From Promethearchaeota archaeon (lineage in GTDB: Archaea; Asgardarchaeota; Lokiarchaeia; Sigyniarchaeales; SOKP01): DNA of 64,000 nt. The DNA lies in assembly GCA_048939015.1 (NCBI GenBank), contig JBHLPW010000008.1:33694-97693 (forward strand). Direction: 5' to 3'. How positions within the stretch are numbered: the first letter of the stretch is position 1; every line of letters starts with the position of its first letter. Under the pieces are notes generated by a model. It searched no databases and was not told the origin of the DNA. It worked only from the letters and a program-made list of their open reading frames with translations. Shown piece by piece: positions 20,478-28,452 of the stretch. The position numbers and the translations under genes were made by a program.

Positions 20478-21194
20478 ATACTTTTTAGTCAAATAGCTAT
20501 ACTCATCTTCGTACATAGTATTATTGTGTTTTTTATTATAACATTAATTATACTCATTATTAAAGTTCTTTTAAGAAATCCAAAGAGTCGATTAAATCAA
20601 ATTTTTTCACTTTTTATGATATTAATTGCGTTGAATTATGTATTTGGTTTGATCTTATCTTATTCTTATCAAAGAGGATTTATATCATCTAGTTTTGTAA
20701 TAGCTTTTAACATTTTATTAGAAATTATGATCATTTTTTCGGTAGGAATTATATTTTTATATGTTTCAATGCTTTATCGACCAAAAGTAATGTTAAAAAA
20801 CACAAATCAAATCTTATTCTTTGTAACTTTTGGAATATTAATGTTAGTCTTGTTCTTTATCCCTAACGGAGTACAACTCGAAGTGGGAACTGATTATTCT
20901 ACTAATTTACCCTATTTCACTTATAGTCTTATAATTTTGATTCTGTTATTTATTAGTTCCAATATCATGTCTATTAAAATTTTTAATCGGCTTAATAATT
21001 CGATTTTGAGAAAAAAATATAAATTTTTTTGGATTGGAATAATTTTGATTTTTTTTCACCCACTATTGTTAACTATTATTAGATTCATTAATAGTCCAAT
21101 TTTGGAATTGATATTATTTATAGTTGCTTTATTTTTACTCTTTGGAGTGCTATTTATATATTATGGTTTGGGAGTCAATATTAAAGACGCTTAA
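20478..21194 (+). CDS. Polytopic (about 7TM) membrane protein, HisKA_7TM-like sensor module without kinase
   Basis: RNPKSRLNQIFSLF pattern after TM1, multiple TM helices; frame open from ATT/ATA at 20475/20478 after GAGGT. Confidence 0.6.
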   Translation: MLFSQIAILIFVHSIIVFFIITLIILIIKVLLRNPKSRLNQIFSLFMILIALNYVFGLILSYSYQRGFISSSFVIAFNILLEIMIIFSVGIIFLYVSMLYRPKVMLKNTNQILFFVTFGILMLVLFFIPNGVQLEVGTDYSTNLPYFTYSLIILILLFISSNIMSIKIFNRLNNSILRKKYKFFWIGIILIFFHPLLLTIIRFINSPILELILFIVALFLLFGVLFIYYGLGVNIKDA

Positions 21195-21375
21195 TAATTC
21201 GTAAATCATAAAAAACATATAGTCAGAAGCTAAACAATCGTAGACCCTTTTTTCTATTAAAAATTAAGTAAAATTAGGAAAATGGAAAAAAAAAAGACTA
21301 AAAAGAGAAATTAATAAATCTAGTAACTATATGATTTAAATTTAAATATTATCCAAACTAAAATGTTGGTTAAAA

Positions 21376-21939
21376 ATGAAAACTGACAATGATAATATAA
21401 AAGGCATTTTACAGATACTTCAAGAGGGATATACCAAGAGAGATCCAAAATACATAGATACTTTCATGCAAATATACTCCTCAAAAGATTCTTCATTGAT
21501 AATTGGTACTGGACAAGGGGGAGATTTTCGAGGTTTTGAGAAAGCAAAAGAGCTTTTTCTATGGGATTGGAAATATTGGGGTGATGTCACGTTTGACATC
21601 GAAACCACAGATATTCAAGTTAATGGAAATATGGCTTGGGTCTTTATATTTGCTGGTCTTAACTTAAAGCATAGTGAAAAATACTTAAATGAACTTGCTC
21701 TTAATAGGATTAAAAGTACCCTCGAAAATGAAAAAACTTCAGAGAACGCAAAAATCGCAGATATTTTAAGATTAAGTTCCCTAAATTTCGTCGAAAAGGT
21801 TAAAGGTGAAGAATTTATTTGTCCCTTAAGAGTTACTGTAGTTCTTACCAAAGAAAAAGAGAACTGGTTCATAAATCATATGCACTTCTCGAATCCAATT
21901 GGTTTATTTAACTCCTTTCCCAGAAAAGAAGAAATCTGA
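21376..21939 (+). CDS. NTF2/SnoaL-like fold protein
   Basis: IIGTG.....G, D...WG, NGNMAWV, LRVTVVL.KE..NW.I.HMHFS.P. Confidence 0.75.
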   Translation: MKTDNDNIKGILQILQEGYTKRDPKYIDTFMQIYSSKDSSLIIGTGQGGDFRGFEKAKELFLWDWKYWGDVTFDIETTDIQVNGNMAWVFIFAGLNLKHSEKYLNELALNRIKSTLENEKTSENAKIADILRLSSLNFVEKVKGEEFICPLRVTVVLTKEKENWFINHMHFSNPIGLFNSFPRKEEI

Positions 21940-22001
21940 AAATTTTTTTATTCAAAGTTAGTGTTTACATATTATTCCTTAGAAGAATCTTAAAATTATT
22001 T

Positions 22002-22931
22002 TCAAAAAATTATTTCCTTTAATCTTGGAAATAAAGAAATAGCATTTTGTTGGACAATTTTCATAAGGTCTTCTCTTTCAAAATTATAATTTTGAAGACC
22101 TTCATTCATTAGTTTTACAACCCTTTCGGGCAAAAATGGATAATCACTCCCATATAATACTTGTGTTGGTTCAACTAAACTCAGCAGAGAATTTAATGTA
22201 TAGGGGGTTGCTGACACAGCAGTATCATAATAAAAGCGTTTCAACTGGTTAATTATCTTTTTATTTCCAAAAGTAATTCTCCAAGTTATAAAGGGAACTG
22301 TTCCTCCTCCATGTGAAAAGACAAAACTTATATCCGGAAAGCGTTTCGTTGCTCCTCTATGTATAAGATTAACAATTGCCCTCGTGGTATCAAAAACGAA
22401 TTCTAAAACTGCGGGCTTTATTATCATGGGTAATGTATCTAAAGGAGGCACACTTGGATGTACATAAACCACAGCTTTCCTGCGGTTTAACTCATAAAAA
22501 AGATCATCATAATGGGCATCTCCGATATAAATACCTCCAAAATTTGTAAGTAATACCACCCCATCTAACTCTAAGGTATCTAGGGCATACTCCAATTCAA
22601 CTATGGAAGCCTCTATATCTGGTAGGGGTAAAATGGCAAACGCACCAAAGCGATTTGGGTATTTATTCACTATATAAGCAGAGATTTCGTTACATTTGCG
22701 TGCTAGCTTTTGAGTGAAATCATTATCTCCAAAAAAAATACCTGGTGCAGAAATTGAATTAATTGCTATAGCTATCCCTTGCCTATCCATAAAAGCAAGA
22801 GTGTTTTCAATATCCCATTGAGGGAATGGTTCACCAACAGCATTTTTAATGCCTACTGAAGCTAAAGCAGTAAGATATTCTTTAGGTACAATATGATGGT
22901 GAACGTCAATTTTCCGAGAGTTTATTGACAT
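22002..22931 (-). CDS. Amidohydrolase_2-family decarboxylase (6-methylsalicylate/ACMS decarboxylase-like)
   Basis: IDVHHH, VYVHP, FVFDTTRA, SHGGGTVP, YYDTA, YGSDYPF. Confidence 0.85.
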   Translation of the reverse strand: MSINSRKIDVHHHIVPKEYLTALASVGIKNAVGEPFPQWDIENTLAFMDRQGIAIAINSISAPGIFFGDNDFTQKLARKCNEISAYIVNKYPNRFGAFAILPLPDIEASIVELEYALDTLELDGVVLLTNFGGIYIGDAHYDDLFYELNRRKAVVYVHPSVPPLDTLPMIIKPAVLEFVFDTTRAIVNLIHRGATKRFPDISFVFSHGGGTVPFITWRITFGNKKIINQLKRFYYDTAVSATPYTLNSLLSLVEPTQVLYGSDYPFLPERVVKLMNEGLQNYNFEREDLMKIVQQNAISLFPRLKEIIF

Positions 22932-22932
22932 A

Positions 22933-24057
22933 TTAATTTTTGAAATATGTAATTATTTTTTTCATACATTTATTTGAACTTGGAATATATTTAAGACCAC
23001 ATAATATTGATACGTTAAATAGAATTATATGTTTTGCACCAATTTTGGCATAATTTTCAATTTGACCAATCACTTCATCAGGAGTACCATTTAAGTAAAA
23101 ATCATAACACATTTTACTAGGGATCTTTTCAAGTATTTGCAGCAATGAGTCTTTATCGTAATGTGTAGGAATAAATTCTAAAGTTCCATCAATATTTTCT
23201 CCAAGAGGATGTGATAACCCATATGGCTTGAAATCTTCATGATATAACGGAATTAGGTTATTTTTTGTAATTGGATTTTTGAGCATTTTATCGACTTCTT
23301 CCTTATCCTCATCAGTGATAACTCCCAAAATAATTGCAGGAGTAATCCTATTCATACTTCTATCTGTTTTCTGTGTGTAATTTCGAAGGATCCTCAGTTT
23401 CTCCTTATAAACTTCAGGTTTTAAAAATATAGGCAACCAACCATCACCTAATCTGCCAGTTATATCTAGCATTCTATTACCACGAGCTGCAATCCATATT
23501 GGGGGAAAGGATCCTTTCTTAAAAGGATTTAATCTGAGGAGAGCATTCTCTAACTTCCAAATTTTTCCATCATAATTTATTTGCTCATCACTTTCCCATA
23601 ATTTTCTAATGATTGTAACGGCTTCTTCTAATCTAGTTACTGGTTTATCCCACTTAATCCCGTAGGGAACAGTATTTTCTTTTTCACCTGTTCCTATCCC
23701 CAATATTGCCCTCCCCCTGGATATTTCATCTAAAGTCAGAAAAGTTTGCGCAAGTACCGCAGGATTCCTTCTAAAGGGTTCAGTTACTCCTGTCCCTAGG
23801 TAAATTTTTTTGGTATTCAAGGCAGCTACAGTCATCATAGCAACAACATCATATATTAAATGGGGACTGGGATAAACAGTAGCAAGATCAGTAATATCTG
23901 GAGTCCATATTGATTCTGGTATCCAATTTAAGATATGATCGGCAAAAAATATGGAATCATATCCCTCTTTTTCATACATTTTAACTGTATTGATATTACT
24001 TTTGAAAGGTGGTATAAATGTTCCTTCTCTCCCTATCTTAAGATCGCTAATGTCCAT
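22933..24057 (-). CDS. LLM-class oxidoreductase, probably F420-dependent (phthiodiolone ketoreductase-like)
   Basis: ADHILNWIPESIW, GTGVTEPFRRNPAVLAQ, GRAILGIGTGE.EN.VPYG, PPIWIAA, GDGWLP. Confidence 0.82.
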   Translation of the reverse strand: MDISDLKIGREGTFIPPFKSNINTVKMYEKEGYDSIFFADHILNWIPESIWTPDITDLATVYPSPHLIYDVVAMMTVAALNTKKIYLGTGVTEPFRRNPAVLAQTFLTLDEISRGRAILGIGTGEKENTVPYGIKWDKPVTRLEEAVTIIRKLWESDEQINYDGKIWKLENALLRLNPFKKGSFPPIWIAARGNRMLDITGRLGDGWLPIFLKPEVYKEKLRILRNYTQKTDRSMNRITPAIILGVITDEDKEEVDKMLKNPITKNNLIPLYHEDFKPYGLSHPLGENIDGTLEFIPTHYDKDSLLQILEKIPSKMCYDFYLNGTPDEVIGQIENYAKIGAKHIILFNVSILCGLKYIPSSNKCMKKIITYFKN

Positions 24058-24088
24058 AATATCAAATTTTATAATTCTTTAAATTGGA

Positions 24089-25423
24089 TTATAATATTTT
24101 TTCAACAATATCGACCACCCGGTAACCACTTTCAACAGAACCAGGAGTTCCTATAAGACCTGGAGCGATACATGAATCTCCTACGTTAAATAAATTAGGT
24201 ATCGGCGTTTCTATTGGCATACCATAACCAAGCCAAGTTCGACCTTCAGGCCACTCATTGATAATGCCACATGCTCTCATTTTTAAAATACGACCATGCT
24301 TTTCGAAATCTGGAAAAAATTCTTTAAGATCACTCTTAACCTGTTGCATTTCATATTTTATATCCATAGGATGGAGGGTTGATTCTGACTTAGCTGAAGT
24401 GTAAAAAAGATGTTGTCCCGGGGGAACAAGCTCAGGACAAATATTGCTAATAGGGATGACAGTTTTAATTCTTCGTGATCCCATTATTATTTCTAACCCA
24501 TCATGTATTCCTTCCAAGCATAGTGGTTTATTGCTTGTGACTAGAACTAGTAAACAAGGGCTTGGTCGGAGTTTTAAACGCATCTTTTCAAGATATTCAT
24601 TATTAAAATTTTCTTTTCCTGCCAGACTTACCGTTGATTTAACCCCTGTATTACTTATAACCATCTTGCATTTTATTTCAATTTGTTTTCCTGCTTTTTC
24701 AACAATTACACTTGTAGCTTTTCCCTCTTTGACAACTATTTTCCTTGCAGGAGAATTAGTCCATACAGCTCCGGTTTTCTCAACTATTTTAGCAAGTTTT
24801 TCTGCTAGGCTGAGGTTTCCGTCAGGTGATACATAGAATTTAGTCATTTCTTGGAAAAGGAAAAATTGTGTCACAGGTAGTTCCCAAGAATGAGCCATCA
24901 TCAATCCTGTACAGAGAGTATCAAAAGCATCGTGCACTTTTTCATTCTCAGTATATTGGAGAAGCCAATCTCGCACAGTTATAATTTCTTGTTGATTTAA
25001 TCCACGCATTTTTTTATAATACCCACGCATAATCTTACGTAATTCGACAGGTTTCACTGGCCGTTTCTTCTTTTCAGCATCTTTTTTTTCAAGCTTGTCT
25101 ATTATATCAAGCACTTTTGGTACTCCTATTTCAGCTGGGATTTCATATCTTTCACCGTCAATTCTATAATAAACATTTGTTATTGGTCTTAAGGTGTCAG
25201 TCCTGATTCCCATTTCCTCAAGCAATTTTATAACCCACCCATCTGGGATAAGAATTGCACCAGTGGGTAATTTGAAACCTTCATACTCAAAAGTTGAAAA
25301 TCTTCCTCCTATACGGTTTCTACTCTCCACTACAAGAATTTTAAATCCCTTACGTGAAAGGAGACTTGCTGCAGTTAATCCACCCAAACCTGATCCAATG
25401 ATCACTATATCATAATCAATCAT
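24089..25423 (-). CDS. FAD-dependent oxidoreductase, phytoene desaturase/CrtI-like superfamily
   Basis: IIGSGLGGL, E....GGR, GFKLPTGA, C-terminal TPIPNLFNVGD. Confidence 0.82.
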   Translation of the reverse strand: MIDYDIVIIGSGLGGLTAASLLSRKGFKILVVESRNRIGGRFSTFEYEGFKLPTGAILIPDGWVIKLLEEMGIRTDTLRPITNVYYRIDGERYEIPAEIGVPKVLDIIDKLEKKDAEKKKRPVKPVELRKIMRGYYKKMRGLNQQEIITVRDWLLQYTENEKVHDAFDTLCTGLMMAHSWELPVTQFFLFQEMTKFYVSPDGNLSLAEKLAKIVEKTGAVWTNSPARKIVVKEGKATSVIVEKAGKQIEIKCKMVISNTGVKSTVSLAGKENFNNEYLEKMRLKLRPSPCLLVLVTSNKPLCLEGIHDGLEIIMGSRRIKTVIPISNICPELVPPGQHLFYTSAKSESTLHPMDIKYEMQQVKSDLKEFFPDFEKHGRILKMRACGIINEWPEGRTWLGYGMPIETPIPNLFNVGDSCIAPGLIGTPGSVESGYRVVDIVEKIL

Positions 25424-25611
25424 AGTATCTAAACTAATTTTTAGATATTAATGATAATTAGCATTTAAGAAATAATAAAAGTTTAGACAATACCAATTAT
25501 AATAAATTAATGGATACTAACTTTTGGATATAAAAATATTTCTTAGATTTCTAGAGATTTTTTAATATGCGTATCTTAAATATTATCAGTAATAAAGAGA
25601 GAATTATATTA

Positions 25612-25836
25612 ATGGTATCTAAACGCAATAAATATATAATTGGTTTAGTTGTTCTCATAGTGATTAGTGTTATTATGGCATTGATCGCGTCGAATATAAT
25701 CGCTTTTAATGTGTGTGGAACTGAAGATCCTATTTGTACTTCTCGAATAATTTTTCAATGGTTTTTTCCTGCAATGGTGCTTTCGTTTCTTGCACTTGCT
25801 GGATGTTTAGGTCTTGCGCTCTTAATACAAGCCTAA
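25612..25836 (+). CDS. Small two-TM membrane protein with a Cys pair in the loop
   Basis: MVSKRNK-TM-CGTEDPIC-TM; 74 aa. Confidence 0.55.
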   Translation: MVSKRNKYIIGLVVLIVISVIMALIASNIIAFNVCGTEDPICTSRIIFQWFFPAMVLSFLALAGCLGLALLIQA

Positions 25837-25949
25837 AATTAGAAGCTTATTCCTTGAGATCTGGTAAAATCGCATTATACTCTCGAATTCCAAGGGGATC
25901 ATCAAAATTGAACATTCTTAATAAGAAAATAAGAAAAAATTTGTGATAA

Positions 25950-27287
25950 TTAAGATTTTTTAATATTTCTCTTAAGAATAATAGTTAAAACCGAAATTAT
26001 ACCAATTAGAAGAAATATATCAAACCCGGGTATAATACTTTGACCACAATTATTATTAGAGAAGATATTCCCTTCACAATCGAACTCATTGATACATTTC
26101 CAATTATCGAGTAAAATATTATTTGAAATATTATTATAGTTACTTAGACGTAAATGCATTCCATAATAATCATTATTGTTTGCTGTATTTTTAGAAATCA
26201 CATTGTAATCGCTGAGTCCTAAAAATATGCCATCCTCACTGTTTTCATTTGCTGAATTCTCAGATACATTATTGTAATGACTGTGGTCTAATTTTATTCC
26301 ATAACCGTGATTCTTGTCTGCAAGATTATTATAAATGGTATTATTATTGCTGTAAAATAATGAAATTCCTGTATTGGTATGTGAAACATTTAAATTTGAT
26401 ATTATAGAATCATTACAATTAACCAGTACTACTTGTCCAGCATTTGTGAAATTTTGTGCGTGTAGAGAAATTACACCTGTATAATAGTAGAGAATTCCTT
26501 GATTCACTTGATTCAGAGTATCAATTTCATGTGAAATTAAACTAGCTATTGATGAATAAAAAAATTCTATTCCACATTCATCCATCAAATTCCCAGAGAT
26601 AGTATGATTAACCGAATGTTGCAAAAATATCCCTACATCATTATCCACTATTTTACAATTTGAAATAGTGTTGTTTTCGCAAGCATCTATATATATTCCA
26701 TAAAAATTATTGTTATAAATAGTGTTTTCAATAATACTATTATTTTCACAATGGTCTAGACTTAATCCATTAAAGTTATAATTTAAAAAATTATTCGAAA
26801 TTGTAATATTATAGCTATAGTCTAAGTATATCCCTCTTAAATTACCATTTGAACAATTATTATTTATTAGTTGAGCATTTCTTACATGTGATAAGTGAAT
26901 TCCTGCATATTCATATAAATATCCTGAATTATAAACAGTACAGTTTTCAATTTTAAAATACTCTTCAGAATTTTCGATTAGGATACAGTCACCTTGGCCC
27001 CCACTATCTATTATCAAATCCTCTATGAGATAAGGATTAAAATACGTACCTGCTCCAGTGCAGATTCCTGCTGCTAGGGCATCAGTCCAGTTGTTATCAA
27101 TATGTATTCTTTCGGATACTTTAGACATTGTTAATTGCTTATTATTTAAAACATAGTGGGTATCATCTGTACTTATATTTCCAATTCTCAGGTTAGAACT
27201 GATATTTAGCAGATATAAAGTTGCGAAAGTAGTGCAGATTCCTAAAGTTATTATTATAAAAATTTGATATTTAAATCTAAATTTCAT
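25950..27287 (-). CDS. Surface NosD/beta-helix protein with sorting tail
   Basis: RIHIDNNW..G.GT..NPY.IE cap, GI.L..S.NN repeats, IIPGFD-TM-KRNIKKS. Confidence 0.88.
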   Translation of the reverse strand: MKFRFKYQIFIIITLGICTTFATLYLLNISSNLRIGNISTDDTHYVLNNKQLTMSKVSERIHIDNNWTDALAAGICTGAGTYFNPYLIEDLIIDSGGQGDCILIENSEEYFKIENCTVYNSGYLYEYAGIHLSHVRNAQLINNNCSNGNLRGIYLDYSYNITISNNFLNYNFNGLSLDHCENNSIIENTIYNNNFYGIYIDACENNTISNCKIVDNDVGIFLQHSVNHTISGNLMDECGIEFFYSSIASLISHEIDTLNQVNQGILYYYTGVISLHAQNFTNAGQVVLVNCNDSIISNLNVSHTNTGISLFYSNNNTIYNNLADKNHGYGIKLDHSHYNNVSENSANENSEDGIFLGLSDYNVISKNTANNNDYYGMHLRLSNYNNISNNILLDNWKCINEFDCEGNIFSNNNCGQSIIPGFDIFLLIGIISVLTIILKRNIKKS

Positions 27288-27440
27288 ATAGATTCCACCA
27301 TTGCATTAAAGTATGGTTTCTACTTAATTAGCTATAAGAGAAATCACCTATAAAAATGTTCACCCCATATATGAAGAAATATTCTTAACATTTCTGTAAT
27401 GTTAATAAAAAAATAAATTTGTTATTAGCAGATAATTTAT

Positions 27441-28382
27441 TTATACTAAGTTTTTGTAATTTTTTGCTATACACCTAATATGATGATGGTTTGTGCCACA
27501 GCATCCCCCAAGAATTTGCATTTTAAAAGTTAAGAATAATTTAATCATTTTTTTAGCCCACGTTTTTGGATTTTCAGATAACGCTTTATTTATTATGTTC
27601 AACTCCTCAGGACTCTTCGTTGAACCATTTCCTTGCAATCCTTTAAGTCGTGTTTGAACTAATTCTGTATTATTAGGCTCAGTATTGATCGCACTTAGAC
27701 AAGTAGTAGGATGTACACAATTAACCATATATAAAATTGGTTTTGGTGCAACTGAATTATCAATAGTCGAAATTGCCTTATAAAGAGATGTACCATCAAG
27801 TATAGTTCCGTCTGGACGAATAACAAAACTTATTATATACTCACAGCCAGATTCTGCCATCGCTTTGGCTATACCGAGTGCCTCTGAAAAAGCAGGTAAT
27901 GTGCTAGCTAATAGAAAGTCTACTCCAGCACTATTTAACTCTTTTACTTGGACCTGATGAAAGTGATATGCCTCTTCACTTGATAATGCTTCTTTAGGAT
28001 TATACGCATCTCCTTTACATCCCATCAATCCTCCTATCAAGGATGTTGCACCTTTAAGGCTAAAGTGCCTTCTTATCTGATCTAAAAAATTGAAACAGTC
28101 AACATTCACATCCTTATCTTTGTACTCTGCTAATTCAATACGTTCTGGATTAGTACGCCAAGTGGGTGTTAGATTGAGAATTGGTATCTCATATTTATAT
28201 GCTATAGACATATATTGGCTATAAATTTTTTTGAGAATATTCCTGCCTTTAACATCATATACCATAGAGGCATTTTGAATGAAAGGATTTAATTTATATT
28301 TGAATTCGTGTTTTATTCTTTCGATTACAGGTCCTTCAGCTAGTACTAATGGATTTTCTAGAATTATATCCTTTAATGACAT
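27441..28382 (-). CDS. Homocysteine S-methyltransferase family protein
   Basis: TPTWR, GDAY.P, GVDFL, VNCVHP, LGGCCGT Zn ligands. Confidence 0.88.
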   Translation of the reverse strand: MSLKDIILENPLVLAEGPVIERIKHEFKYKLNPFIQNASMVYDVKGRNILKKIYSQYMSIAYKYEIPILNLTPTWRTNPERIELAEYKDKDVNVDCFNFLDQIRRHFSLKGATSLIGGLMGCKGDAYNPKEALSSEEAYHFHQVQVKELNSAGVDFLLASTLPAFSEALGIAKAMAESGCEYIISFVIRPDGTILDGTSLYKAISTIDNSVAPKPILYMVNCVHPTTCLSAINTEPNNTELVQTRLKGLQGNGSTKSPEELNIINKALSENPKTWAKKMIKLFLTFKMQILGGCCGTNHHHIRCIAKNYKNLV

Positions 28383-28452
28383 CTTCGAATCAAAATCTCT
28401 AAAATATTTCAACATTTGTTATCTAAGTATAATAAAATTATCGTAATACAAT

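Noticed and set aside
27441-28415. Functional link between the homocysteine methyltransferase and the GTPase fusion directly upstream
   Set aside because: Only co-orientation and a short gap support it; no mechanistic evidence
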